Shown here piece after piece: positions 35,251 through 50,200 of a DNA stretch of 64,000 bases (positions are counted from its first letter, which is position 1; every line of letters starts with the position of its first letter). Below the pieces are notes generated by a model that did not search any database, had not been told where the DNA came from, and worked only from the letters and a program-made list of their open reading frames with translations. The position numbers and the translations under genes were made by a program. The DNA lies in contig NC_045696.1 of assembly GCF_009834535.1 (NCBI RefSeq), positions 82,276,001 to 82,340,000 of the forward strand, in the 5' to 3' direction. The stretch comes from Camelus ferus. Its lineage: Eukaryota.

Positions 35251-38200
35251 TTGTCCTGAAGAAAAGTATCGCTTTGCTCCTATCTCCGGGAGTGTTGTCT
35301 GGATGCTCTTCTAAGACCCCTTTTTGTGAAGTCTTCAGAAGCGGGGCCCAGGTGAGCAAGAGGCTCTGGAAACCATTCTGTGCACCTTTACCCCACCTGT
35401 TTTAAGTAGTTCCTCACCTATGAATTATCTTGTAGCAAATGAAGCATAGCGTGCACGCTCCTCTCCCTCCACCATTTCCATTTTGGACGCTTCTTTTACA
35501 GTGTGTGCTCCTAGAAATGGAACTGTGCCGGAAGCTTTAGGTATAACTCACTGCATCCGTGAGATGGGCATTATTATGCTGTGCCTTTAGCATAAGAGGA
35601 AATTTAAGATCGAAGAATTTAAGTAACTTATTCAACGTCACACAGTCATTCTGAATAGGCACCTAAGTCAAATTCACCCTCACCCTTGGATTTCCCAGTA
35701 CTTGGCAGGCTACTCCAGTATAGAAGGGCATTGGGAATTACCTCCAAAATGAGCCCTCCTCTAGAAATTTTAAAATGTGCTGCTAGGTAAATACTATTTA
35801 GAATTCAGGACTGAGGCGTGGGTTAAAAATGAAATCTAGATTCTTGACTTTTATTTTTTGGTGTAATGGTTATTACTAGTATTTGTTTTAGGATTTGAAG
35901 TCTGGTTTATTATTTTCACCTAATATAAATACAGTATAGTAAATAAATTATTGGTGCCATAGAATCCTGACATACAATAATTAGGTGAATTTTAAATAAA
36001 AGAGTAGCAGAAAAATATAGTTGAAACCAGGTAATTAAGTAGTCTGTTCTTCTTGTAAATTTCTTTAGCTGCATTTTACTTGTAGTCTCAAAGTCCTTCA
36101 TGCCTGCACAGAAATATGAGTTGTAAGTCTGACACTTGTCTGTATGTCCTGCATGTCCAGCTGAGAGCAGGCAATGAACCTCAGAGAGATTCTCAAGGCA
36201 GTCCTCTCTTCTCTTTGATTACATATTTAAGATTATTTAAAAATCAAAATGGAGTAACTGTGGTTCAGCATCCAAAATGGAGCTGGGTGGTCATTGTGGA
36301 TATGGTTTCAGACACATTCCTTCGTCACTGAGAACTTAATTTTCTCTGAACTGTATGGAAACTCAAGGACACTACCAACTGTTTTCAAAACAGTATCTGC
36401 TACCCTTGCTAGCCACAACCTTGTAGTTTCAAATTTTCCTTGACCTTTGCAACTGTGTAATCAGTTTGGATCCCCAACCAACCCTTGTTTACCAAGCATC
36501 CTTACTTCTTGCCAGCTCCAATCCTAATTCTTGACAAACAATTTATATAACTTGATGGTTTTTTGCATTTACAAGCCTCACCTATTTTGTAGAACGTGGA
36601 ACACAATTCAAGTGCTTCTTAAATCTGTGTCTCCCTGTCCTAACAAACCCCAAATAAACACCTCTTTATTTCAATCAGGCCTCCATTTCTGAAGTTTGGG
36701 TTAACATTTTTAATATCAAAAAAGGTAGTAAGTAGCCAGAAGGGAGAGAAGAAACCCAGTGAGAGCCCAGCTCCCACAAGTAAATCCGTTTGAGATCTCC
36801 TTGCTTTGTTTCCTGCCGAGGATGCTGAAGTGTCATGTTTTGGATTGCATTCCATGTGAACAATGGTCATCTAAGTCCTAAGTCTGGAAGAGGGTGCACT
36901 TTTATCCTCCCTTCTCCCCTCCAGGCTCAACAATTTGAAGAGTCTTTGTGCACCTGAGAGTTCTAAATGTCCTGAGAAGTGTTGTAGTTAGGAGTCTGTT
37001 TAGCTTTGTTTAATTCAGCATTTCTCAGACTTACTTGACAATAAAACCCATTCTATTTAGAACACCTTTGGTCATCACGTAGATTAATATTCCACAGAAC
37101 ACAGTTTGAGAAATAGTATGCTAAAATACATGAAAATTTCCTAAAATAAGTGATTATTATGTACATCATCCACAAGACAAAAAGTATGCTGATGTTAAAC
37201 AATTTCAGAGAGTATCCAGTGACATAGGAAAAGTATCCACAATGTTAACTGAAAAAAAAGAGATGCCAGACTGTACTGATACGTTCTAATTTTGCTTAAA
37301 GATGCTTATATGTAGATATAAAAGAAAAACAACAGAGACTGAATACTCCCAGAAGTCAACTGTGGTGGTTCTTTGCTAGTGGGATTGTTGGTGAATGTTT
37401 ATTTTCTTTTTGATATTGAAATTTTCAAGTTGTCTGGAATAAATGTGGGTTGTTTATTTTTAAAAAGCTTATTTTTAAAAACTATAAGAAAAGTTTCTTT
37501 GCTTTCACTTTTAATATAATGTTCCTCATCTTAAATCTTGTTTTGCACTTTGTTTAGCAAACTCTTTAGTTCATACAGTGCAGAAATCCACTGAGCAGAG
37601 AACATCTCTGAGATGCAGAGACTTAGACAAGCTGGATCCTGAAGACCTCAGGCTGGTCGAGTAGTGAGATCTCTGAGCACAGACTCTTAAAGAGACATAC
37701 ATACAAAAAAAGGCAGGACAGAAAACAAAGATAGTGTTAATGTGCTTCTAAGAGAAGTGTCAGCGTACCTCTCACCCCAGAAAGCATGGGCCTCAAAAAA
37801 GATGTTTTTAAAGTAATATCGAGAACAGTAAGACCATTAAGGAAAGCTGCTGATATAACAGAGGAAGAAGATCTCAACTCCTGTTTTGTTTCTGTCTTTC
37901 TTATTAAGGACTGGACAGGGGAAAAATCACCTTTAGAAAGAGGAAATGGAAGCCCAGGTGAGGTGAAGTGCTTCTACGAGCCAGGCCTCAGCGTGGTGTT
38001 AGGAAGAACAGACAGAGCTATATTCAAAGATGCCATCAACTTGCATGGGGTAGAGGGTCTCCAAGAAGGCTGTTGGACTTGGTGATTTTTCAGACGCTTT
38101 TTGAGTTTAGAGTCTCTGATAAAGTAGTCTTTATTTGAATTCATTATAAGCAACCTTGAGTCACCCTAACCCACTGTGGCAGTGTGGAAAGAGGCTTTGG

Positions 38201-41200
38201 AGTCAGTTTGATTTTGTACTCTGTGCCATTATTAGCCACATAATTTTGACAAAATATGTAATTTCTTTGGACATCATTATCCTTAGCTGCCAGGACTGTT
38301 ACATAACAGAGGTTCGTTCTCTCTTTGTGTCACTTCCAAGTTAGTGTCTGCCCACCCTCAGTGGGTACTTCTATGGCTCTAGTTCTCCAAATAGCACTTT
38401 TTTTCCTTTCTCATTCCTTCTATTTTTCTTCTTCTTTTTCTCTATTCTTAAAATTATCTCCTTGTCTTCTCCCTGCCCCCGACTCTATACACAGATACAC
38501 ACACACACATTTGTATCTTTGAAAGAAGTCTTTTTTTTTTTTTTTGAAAACAAAGTTCCCGGGATGATTTATATGTGATGAAGAGTAATGCACTTATTTT
38601 TCAAAAGCTGCAGAACCTATTGACGGTCTCCAGGAACATTATTATGACCTATGTATGGAAAAGTCCCAGGAAATTAAACCTTTTATATTGCATATACTCC
38701 AAGAAGTGGATGAAGAAATTGGAAAGGGGTAAGGAAGACAAATACTTGGTTACATCAGTAACATTCACTGATAATCCTGGAATACTGAGTGATTGGAAAG
38801 CCATTTGCAAATGCTTGATAAAATGGACATATTTTTGATTCAGAGTAGATGATGGACACAGTTAGGTCTTGGAGGTAGTGGAATTTACTGGAAAAAAGCA
38901 CTAGACCAGCAGTCTCCAAGTGTGGGCTCCAGATTTGTCCTTAACTCCTGTGAGCTGGGTTTATTTATGCAAATCATTGAAGTCTTCAATGTCATTATCT
39001 ACCAAGTGGGAATACTTTGGTTTTCTTGTGTTTCAGAAATTAAATTACATACATTAAAGTGCTTTGCAAAAGCCGTAGAATATTCAGTAGTTTTAAGTTA
39101 CTTGGTATAAATCTACATTGTGGTCCCAGTAAATGCTATCCATGATGTTACTACTTAACATGAAGGAAAAATACTTCTATTTCTTTTCTGGGTTTCTTTT
39201 TTTATATTTTAGCAGATTGGAAGGAATCACCTTAAACGTTGCTGGTAACAGTCGCTTAATGGCAATAGAAAGAGTAACAGGTGAAGATTTTGGGATTCTT
39301 TGTAGACTTTTAAAGAATAATCCATATATTAATGGTATGTCTCCTTAAGAATCATTCCTTTCTGCTTTCATTTTCCTGAGTTTAAGTGTTCATTAGAAGG
39401 AATATCAGTTCCTATTCATCTGTGTTTTTCAGGTTTGGATGTTAGGTATAACCTCCTAAGTGATATTGGCGCATGCTATGCTGCAAAACTGCTTCAGGTA
39501 TTATTTTACTACAAAATGTTCTTAGTTCTTTTTTGTTCTCCCAGGACTTGGTTAAGATCCAGCCCTTTCTTTGGAATGTGCCTGTGAAGTTAACCCTCTA
39601 TTGCAGACTTTACCCTAGAGACACCCAAGCTAAAATGCTGCTTTATGGTTGCATTTTATTTAAGACAGTGTGGTCCACTAATCAGAGTAGGTGTCCTTAA
39701 AGAAAAGGCTTTGTTACAGCCTCAGAAGATTGGCACATACATGTGTATGTCTATATTTTCAGTTAAAATGTTTAAAGCATCGTATGTCATTTTTTTATGC
39801 CTCCTTTAAATTGGCTTTTTAATTTCCTAGCCATTGTCCCATTCTCATCTGCTGCAAGTGCTTTTAATGAGCTTAAAATTCTCATATCCATAAAATGGTG
39901 CACAACATAAGGATGGAGTGAAGATTTTAGAAAATGAAAGAACCAAGTTATTTTCAGCAACCACAAATAAAAATGCTGCAAAAATCATCATCATTAAAAT
40001 GTTCTTAGTTCTATTTATGGTGAAACCACCTAGTCTAATGACACAACACAAACACCTAATTTTGTAAAATGTCAAGGGTCCTGACTCTGTGTTACAACAC
40101 TTGAAATACACTAAAAAGCCATTTTTGTATTTTGTTTCAGTAGAGTTGGTACCTAGAGCCTCCTGAGTCAGCTTTTGTAAACTTGTACACTATGGTCAAA
40201 TACATAAAGCACATTCATACTTTGAATCATTGATCAAAAACTAATAGTCTTTTTCTTCATACTACAATTATATTTATGTTGATTTTTTTCCTTAATGGTA
40301 GTTTCTTTTGCTAGATCTTGAAATTTCCTGGTTATAAAGGTTTTCTTTGGAGGTAAACACTTTTACTTGAAATGAAGCTCTTATATATTATTGAATAATA
40401 AATGTGTGATTGCTTTTCTCTCCTTATCGTAGAAACAACATAATCTCACTTACTTAAACCTTATGTTTAATGACATTGGTCCTGAAGGAGGAGAAGTGAT
40501 TGCTAAAGCACTACATGTAAGCATTTACATACCTCAAACTAACATTTTATTTGGGAATTTTAACTTCTGGTAGCTTGGAACCAACAGAAACAAATGTTGA
40601 TGTGAACTTATTTAAATATTGTGCAAATGTGTATTTTTATGGCACTTCATTAAAATGTGGACATTACATGAGCCCTTTTAAACTCATTTTTAAAAATAAA
40701 CAGCTTTATTAAGATATAATTCACATACATAAAATTTACCCTTTGTAAGTGTTCGATTCAGTGGGTTTTTAGCCTACAATAGATTCTTGAATATCACAGG
40801 CTTAAACCGCATGGGTCCACTCATATGTGGATTCTTTTTACTAAATAAATGCTGCGGTACCACACGATCCATGGTTGGTTGAATCTGAGGATGTGGAACC
40901 TTGGATACAGAGGGCTGACTATAAAGTTAAACTCATTTTCAACTGCGTGGAGGGTCAGTGCCCCTAACCCCCACATTGTCCAGGGGTCAACTATATTCAG
41001 TTATATAGCCATCACAACTATCACTGTTTTTAGAACATACCCTCCCTGCCCGAAGAAGCCCTGTACCCATTAGCAGTCCCTTTCTCTGCTTCTCTCCCCC
41101 ACTTTACAGCACCAGGTAGTCACATCGGCTTTCCACCTATATGTCGTCTATTCTGGTCATTTCATATAAATAGAATCATACAATGTGTGGCCTTTAGTGA

Positions 41201-44200
41201 CCGGCTTAATGCTTTCAGGTTTCATCCATATTGTAACATACTTCATTCTATTTTAAGGCCAAATAATATTGCATCGTTTGGAAACATTTTGTTCATCCAT
41301 TAGTTAATGGACATTTGGTTTTCCATTTATTGTCTATAATGAATAATGCTACTATGAATATTTGCACAGATTTTTGTGCACACGTTTTCAGTTTTCTTGG
41401 GTATATACCTAGGAGTGGAATTGCTGGATCATTTAGAAACTTCATTTAACATTTTGAGTGACTGCCAAACTGTTTGCCAAAGTGTCCCTTTTTACAATTC
41501 CACCAACAATATATAGGTGTTCTCATTTCTCCATATCCTCATCAGCACTTGTTACTGTCTTTTTGATTTGAGCCATCCTAGAGATTATGAAGTTTTGTGG
41601 TTTTGATTTGCATTTCCCTAGTGAATAATGATGTTGAACATATTTTCATATGCATATTAGTCATTTGTATATCTTCTCTGGAGAAATATCTATTCAGATC
41701 TTCTGCCCATTTTAAAATTAGATTATTTGTCTTTTTGAGTTGTAAGAGTTCTTTACATACTCTGGATACAAGTCCCTTAACAGATGTATGATTTGCAAAT
41801 ATTTTCTCATATTCTGTACATTGCCTTTTCATTTCCTTAGTGGTGTCTTTTGAAACACAAAAATGTTTAATTTTGATAAAGTACAATTTATCTATTTTTT
41901 CTTTTGTTGTTTGTGTTTTTGGTGTTATATCCAAGAAGGCTTTGCCTAATCCAAATTCATGAAGATTTACACTAATGTTTTTCTTCTAACAGTTTTTTTG
42001 TTTTAGCTCTTTCATTTAGTTCTTTGATCCATTTCAAGTTAATTTATATATATATGAGGTAGGAGTCTAATTTCATTCTTTTCCATGTGGATATCCAGCT
42101 GTCCCAAAACCTTTTGTTAAGACTGTTCTTTCCCCATTGAATCGTCTTGACATCCTTGTTGAAAGTCAGTGGATTATAAATGTGAGGGTTTATTTCTGTA
42201 CTCTCTGTTCTACTCTTTTAATCTATATATCTACCTTGGGCCATTCCCAAACTATCTTGACTACTGTAGTTTTGTACTAAGTTTTGAAGTCAAGAAATGT
42301 GAGTCCTCTTTGTTCTTTATTTAAGATTATGTTGGCTCTTCTGGGTCCTTTGCATTTCCATATAAATTTTAAGATCAGTTTATCAATTTCTGCAAGAAAA
42401 GTAGCTGGGACTTTGAGGGGAATGGCTTTAAATCTTTAGACCAATTTGGGGAATACTGACTATTGTCTTCCAATCCAGAACATGGGATATGTTTCCATTT
42501 GTTTAGGTCTTCTTTAATTTCTTTCAACCACGTTTTGATGCTTTGTAGTTTCCAGTGTGCAAGTCCTGCCCTTTTGTTAAATTTATTCCTAATGTTTTAT
42601 TCTTTTTGATTCTACTATGAATGTAATTCTTAATTTCATTTTTGAATTGTTCACTGCTAGTGTGTAGAAACATAAATGATTTTTATATATTGATATTGCC
42701 TTGCTGAACTCAAATTTGTTAGTTCTAACAGTTTTTTTTTTTTTTGGTGGATTCCTTAGGATATTTTACATATAAGATCATGTCATGCAAACAGAGAGCT
42801 TTACTTCTTTTCCAATCTGAATGCCTTTTTTGTTTCTTTTTCTTGCCTAACTGCCCTGTCTAGAATCTCTAGTGTACAAGGTTAAATGAAGTGGTGAGAT
42901 CGAACATCCTTGCCTTCTTCCCACTCTTAAGGAAGTTTGAATTAATTTTAAAAATAATTATTTGCACTTATCCCTATGTCCTAATATTTATTAATTAGGA
43001 CAATTAAATATCTATAATTTTTTTGTGATTTATCAAAAGAATGAAGTAAGAGAAGGAATTAAACTTTGCAGATGTTTGAGAAATTATATCACTTTACAAA
43101 CTACACAGAGGGAATGTGGAGTGACTACTTACTGGGTGGGTACAGGGTCTCCTTTGAGGATAATGAAAATGTTCTGGAATTAGCTAGAGGTGATGGCTGC
43201 TAACACTGGAATGTAGTAAAAAGCCAGTGAATTGTACATTTTAAAATGGTTATATTTTGGTTATGTGAATTTCACCTCAATTTTAAAAAGTGGTATAATT
43301 TTCTTAGGCAATAAATTTATAGATTTTCCAATGAAAGGAAAGTTATTAAAAATCTGTTTCATTTACTGCTCATTGTTTTGGTATCTATTTCCTGGGCAGT
43401 CTTTCTACTAAACTATTTTATTTTATTAAAAAATAAGCAACATTGATATATTGTATAGCACAGAGAATTACAGCAATTATTTTATAATGACTTTAATGGA
43501 ATATAATCTGTAAAAATACTGAATTATTATGCTGTACACCTGAAACTAAAATATGATTGTAAATCATCTGTACTTCAGTTAAAAAAAAATAAGTAACTCT
43601 AACAATTCAGTAATAAAAAGACAGTCTAATTTAAAAATGGGCAATAGTCAAATAGAAATTTCTCCAAAAATTTTTTTTTTCCTAAACCTTAGTTTTGTTT
43701 TTTTTTTTAACTGAAGTACAGTAGATTACAGTGTGTCAGTTTCTGGTGTACAGCAGAGTGTCCCACCCATGCATATACATACGTATATTCGTTTTCATAT
43801 TTTTTCATTAAAGGTTACTACAAGATATTGAATATAGTTCCCTGTGCTATACTGAAGAAACTTTTAAAAAAGCTTTTTTATATATATCTACTAAACTGTT
43901 GAATTAGATTTTTATGTTATGAGAAATTGAATGTTACCTTTAGGGAATATGTGCTGTTCCATCTCCATGAAAAACTAATAAGTCTGCAAATAGTAATAGA
44001 GCCTCCTAACTCATGTATTCTAAAGAGAAGTCTTTGGATTAAAATTTTAATCAGGTTTCCCTTTTTTCTTTTTCAGAAGGATACAACTCTGAAACACCTA
44101 AGAATGACTGGAAACAAGATTGAAAATAAAGGTGGAATGTATTTTGCTGCAATGCTACAAATTAATTCATCCTTGGAGAAATTAGATCTGGGTGACTGTG

Positions 44201-47200
44201 ATCTAGTAAGTAAATTGGTTATGAGATAGTCACGCAGATATTGGATCACTTTCCCTGGAAACTAGCACAGAGAATTGTTAGTGACCAGCTAAATGACAGT
44301 CTTATGAATGATTAAACTTGTCTGAGGTCTCATATCAGAGAAAAATCTTTAAAAAAAAAATTACGATAAATAATATGGAAGAATATCCAGTGTAATAAAT
44401 AAAAACTTTCCTAAACTTCCATCTATTAGCCTTAACTTGTATGTTTTTCTAAAGAAGATTGTGTTTGTTTTAATTAAACAAATACGACTTCATTCATATA
44501 TTATAAACTTTTATTTACAGAAACACTTTGCAGTGAGTAGTTATGTTATAGCATAAAAACCTAAGATGATGTTAAAAGCTGTTCTGAGACTTCATCTGGC
44601 CTGATAATGAGAAGTATGTTTTGCATGTCTTCAAATTCCAGACTTTCTTTTCTCAAACACGCCTTCAAACCTACAGGCCTGCTTTTGGGAACCTGTTAAT
44701 AGGTTAATGCAAACCTACTAGGACAGGAAAACAATAAGATGGGCCAGGAGGCTCTTTGGGGTAATAGGTTCTAAAGCTTAAGAAGAGGGTAAATGCAGCC
44801 AGTATGGTTTTGGGAAAGCATTAATTCAGTACACAGTTGACTCTTGAGAACACGGGCTTAAACTGTTCAGGTCCACTTATATTTGGATTTTTTTCAATAG
44901 TAAATACTATAATTGCTACATGATTCCAGGTTGTTTGACTCCATGAATACAAAGGTATGCATGACCCTTTAAGGGTCAACTGTGTATTATTTATACATAC
45001 CAGTCACAGTCCTAGATTCTAAGGAAGTAAGAATGCATTGGGGGGGGGGAAGAAGGCATTGGATATGGTCTCTGCCCTTATAAAGGTTATATTTTAGTTG
45101 GGAAATTAACAGTAAATAGAAAAAAGTGCTACAAAGATGGCAAAGTACTCTGATAATGGGGAGGCGGTAATCTGGGTAATAGGATGGTTACCCTAAGACC
45201 CAAGAGGTAATATTTAGGAGTCATGAATGATGAGAAAAAGCTGCCTTGGAGAGAGTCCATGGCAGGACATTCCAGGCAGGGGGTCCAGCACACACAGACT
45301 CTTTTTAAGATAGTGCTTCCCCAAGTCTGGTTTGAGTAGCATTAATGACATAGATTGAGGTAATTTTAATACTCATGTATTTATTTTTCCAAATCCTTTC
45401 TATTTATCTCAAGGGATTATGGTTTTCCACTTACAGTAGAGATACAGTTTATAAGTGAAAAGGTGAGTTGATTTAATGGAAAAGTATTAGGTAAATAGTA
45501 AAACTGATGCTTAGATACAGTAAAAATCGTTAGGGGAGGTTGCATGAATGATGAAATATTGAGTCTGTTAGGTTTCAAGAACTGAAAAGCTAGAGTGCCT
45601 GGACAAAGGGAATTAAAAGAGTGCCTCAGAGTGAAGGTGCAAGAGGTTTACAGGGACCAGGTGCAGCAGGGTCTGGGTCATAGGCCAGGGGAAGAAGTGA
45701 TTGTGTTATAAATGCAAATCATGGAAAGGCTTTAAGTTGAAGGGTGACATGACTGGTGCCTGTGAAAGATCATTCTGGTTTCTCTGTGGGGATTTAGAAG
45801 GTGGCAGGAGGAAGCCCACTGACCACTTAATAAGTTTCTCCAGTAGTTCAGGTGGGTGATAAGGACTGGGGGTGGGGTGGTAGCTACAGAGATGGACTAA
45901 TTTGAGACATCTTTTGGAGGCAGAAACTGTAAAATTTGGTTATCAACTGATGGGAGGATAACAGGACTGGTGGAGCGGGAGGAAGCCCAGGTTTTCAAGC
46001 ATAACAACTAGGTATGTGTCCATCACAGAGACGGGGGAAGATTAAGCCGTTTCAGTAAGGTAGAGAGGGAGGCCTATGGGAGCTGTGAAAAATGTGATTA
46101 ATAACCTCTTCCTGACACACACACACACAGAGACACACACACAGACACACACACACACGAAGTACTAGTATGAAGTAAAAGAATGCCTGCACAAGGATAT
46201 GCATTCTAAGTTATAAAGAGCCCTAGCGGGGATTCACTTGTGTCTATATATCTGAAGTCTGTATCATACAGAACCTTAAAGACTTAGAAGCAAACCTAGA
46301 GGTAAACACCCTAGGAAATGGATACTGAAACTTTAAAAAAACTCCCCGTGCATGTTAGAGATTTTAGGGCAAGGAGAAAATAACAGTTAACAACTAATTT
46401 CTGAATTTGATCAACCTACAATTCAAGGAGTAGGAAATAAAACTTTTTAAAAACACAATTTTGAGTTATCAGAATCCAGATTACTGATCTTGAAATACTT
46501 ATTTAGGGAGGTTAATTTATATACTTTGTCAGTTTCCTTAATGAATTTACCTGTTTTTAGGGAATGCAAAGTGTGATAGCATTTGCTACAGTCCTAACTC
46601 AAAACCACACAATTAAGGGATTAAACCTAAACCGACCTATATTGTATGGTGAACAGGTATGTATTCAAAGCGAGCAGTTAATAGTGCTATATGTGAATGA
46701 AACTAAGGTACTACTTACTGAAGGTTATGTCAAGATTCATGAATGCATTGTAGTTTTGGAATTGTAAACTACTGTTGACAAAAGAAAAACTTGAAAAATG
46801 TTAATTCTTGATAAGAGTTTTATAAATTTGGTTTTAAATTATTTATTTAAACAGTAATCATGTCTTTTTTTCTCATAAACTCATTCTCAGTGTGGTAAGC
46901 CTGTGAGGGGCAGAGTGCTTAAGATGAAAGCAAAAATGATTAAAGTTTTAAAGGCTGGTGGATTATAAGAGCCCAGTGTGAACTGTTCTGTTATTTGTTT
47001 TTGTTATATTGATGTGATGAACCATCACCTTTGGAATCATGAGTAATAATGGCAAATTGCATATGAATAGCAATCTGGGAAGTCTGGACTTGATCCTGTA
47101 GGTAAGCTGCAAGCTGGAGACAGAAAGATGATAAAAACATGATTCCTACTTTCAAGGCTTTTCCTTGCTCTTTAACATTTCTTTTAGATAGCTTTCCTGT

Positions 47201-50200
47201 CTTACGAGCAAAACGGGAATAATAACTCATTCTACCATTGATCTAAACAAAAACAGAATAGATCTAAAAAAGAATGTTCAAGGATTTTATATAGTCTTGA
47301 AATTGTCTACCTCACTGTTCCCCATAAGTATGAGTAATTGAGAATTAATCATATTTTTAAAGTATTTTTCATATTCATAAATGTATTTTGCATTCTTTGC
47401 CTACATGTCTCTCTCCCTTTGGGTTATCTTTGTACTCTTCTATGCCAAAATTTTTGGAATTTTATCATGTTAATTGCTTCATGTATTTAAATCTAATATG
47501 CTCAACAAGACACCCAATCCTCAAATAGAAGAACCTACTTTAAAAACCCTAAAAACACCTGGCTCAAAGTAAGCATTCAGTAAATTGCTCATTCCTGATT
47601 CTTCACTCAATAAATATTTGAATGCAACCTGAAATGAGACACAATGCTGGGTGCCAGAGATAATAAATCAAGGCACATAGCCCTCGTTTTCAAGGAGCTT
47701 TTTTTCAGTCCACGTGGAGGGAGACCGAGAGGTCTGGAGAGTGACATGCTCAGGGTGCCTTGGGAGCAGAAGGAAAGACACTGAAATCAGTGCAGGGGGA
47801 TGAGAGGTGGCAGGGAAGCTTCTCAGGTTGAGGACATGTTAAGAGATTAGACAACTAACTCAAAAATTTCTGGATTAGTATGTTAAATTATATGAAAAGA
47901 TGAGTATGTTAAACTATATTAAACTATATTAGACACACAGTTCCTCTTTTAAACATGTGGTGTCATTATTCCCAAATCCATCTGCGAGTAGTTAAAAGCC
48001 CAGGGCTCTTTCTCAGGCCAGGGCCTTGCTCTCAGCCTGGTGCTTCTGGGCAGTCAGCTGAACTCTAGTCTGCCTTCTATTTCTCTCCAAGGCAGCCACG
48101 ACCCTCTATATCTGAGAGTACTATTCTCTTAAATGGTTGTGGAGTAGAATTCTTTTGTGCTTCTTCATACTCTGCTCCCAAACACAAGTGTGCAAACCTA
48201 TTTCATTTAAGGATTTCACTGTTCATTAATCTGGGAGCTTGGAAAAATACCAATGCCAGATGCTGCCATAAGCAAACTAAGCCATAAACTCAGTGAATGA
48301 AGCTTAAAAAAAAGAGTAACAACAAAAAAACAACCTTTCACTATTTCTGATACTAGTTCCCTCCCTTAATAAGGGTGGTCCATCTTTCAAACTTCTTGAC
48401 CTATAAATGCAATCAAGGCATACAACACCAATCCAGACACCATGCAAAGCAATACTGGACCTCCTAAGTGGTCAGTTTGCATCTGAGATCCCAGGCTACA
48501 GCTTCTCTCTGGACATACACTTTCAGTGTCAAGGCTGTAACTTACTAAGATAACAGTATTACAAAATATTGAACAGTAACAAATGCTTTGTAGTTTTCTA
48601 CAGAACACTTATTTTGTGCCAGGTACTTTTGTTAATTTATTTAATTCTGTGAGGGAAGTGAAATGTCTACTTTATATAGAAAAAGAAACTGAGACTCAGC
48701 TAGCTGAAATAATTCGCCCAAAGTGATTTAGCTCATACAAGGTAAAGCTCGCATTTGGAGTTATTATAAAGCTCATACACTATTTTCTGTTGTTATGTGG
48801 TTTAACTTTTATTTTTTCTTAAGGTACTTTTACATAATTAGAGCATATATAGCTATTCATGATCAGCATTTCCAGTGACTATAAAACTTACTACAAAAAC
48901 GGCAATCATGCAACAAGTCTTCTTACCATAAAATACTTTGGCTCATTCATTTTAAGACATGCTTTGATTCTTTTAAAAATTTAAAGTGCTTGGTATTCAG
49001 ACCCTCACTGAGGTTACATACCTTTTGTCTGGAAGCAGCTAGGTTCTGGAATTTAAAAAAAAAAAAAAATCCTCCAGTGACCAGAAAACAAGAGTAAAAC
49101 ATATTTAGAAATTTGGGATGACTATAAAAGGGAGGAATTGGATACATCACAGGGTTAAGGAGTGTATTTTAAAAACGGAAAAACAGAATCATGATTGGGC
49201 AGTGCCTTTGTATTTTATCTAAAAACTACAGAGAAAGGAGATCAAGAGCAAAGTTTAGGAACATAGGGAAGGTGTAAGCACCCTGTCTTGAGAGGACAGC
49301 AGTAAGGGAGCCTGCATGCTCAATACTTCATGGGGCCAAATGTTCTGATTTTTTTTTCCCCTTCTAGAATGAGTGTTGCTTTTTAAATAATTATTACGAT
49401 TTTTTTTAACCAGCCTCTTTTATGTCACTTAGTCACTGCATTTTACGAGTGCCTGCTGCCTGTTTCTAAGCCAGTAAAAGATATCACTTGTGGCAAAATG
49501 ATTTTTTAAAAAAGCCATGCCAAACAAATACAAATCGTTGACTAGGAGTCTTAACTGATAAAATCATTTTAAAAAGGTAATTTAGCATGTTTAGAATAAA
49601 CATGTACTGCTCCAAAATAATATTTTTAAAAAAGATCTTATCTATTTTTAGGAAGAGTCCACAGTTCATCTAGGCCACATGTTGAAAGAAAATCAGTGGC
49701 TTGTTGAACTACACATGTGTAAGCATGATATAAAAAACGGTGGTATGAAACAGTTATGTGATGCACTGTATCTGAACAGAAGCTTACGCTACCTTGATGT
49801 CAGCTGGTAAGTGACAATTTATATATTAAGTTAATTCAGGAGTTAAATCATGGGAATAATCTATGTAAATATTAATAGTACATAGGATTCTTTGTTAGAT
49901 GCTAATTCCAACTAATACTAATTCCAAAGATTAGAAAATGCAACCATTTGTCAACTGTTTATCATGTGCCTTAATATTTATTTAGTTTATACTGATTTAA
50001 TAGCTCCTAATAACTTGAGTGAGTTAAGTGAATTTAAATATGTAAGCCTGAATAGAAGTAACATTTTATGGCAAATTTTCATTAACTTTTTTGGAAACTG
50101 ATTAAAATAAATTTTTACTAAAACAGAAAGTACTGCTTTTTAGTATATGTTCTCAAACATGTTATCTCTATGAATAAAAGAACAATACCTCATATTTTCA

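Noticed and set aside
41578..41934. 118-aa ORF as a host gene
   Set aside because: Degenerate L1 ORF2 fragment
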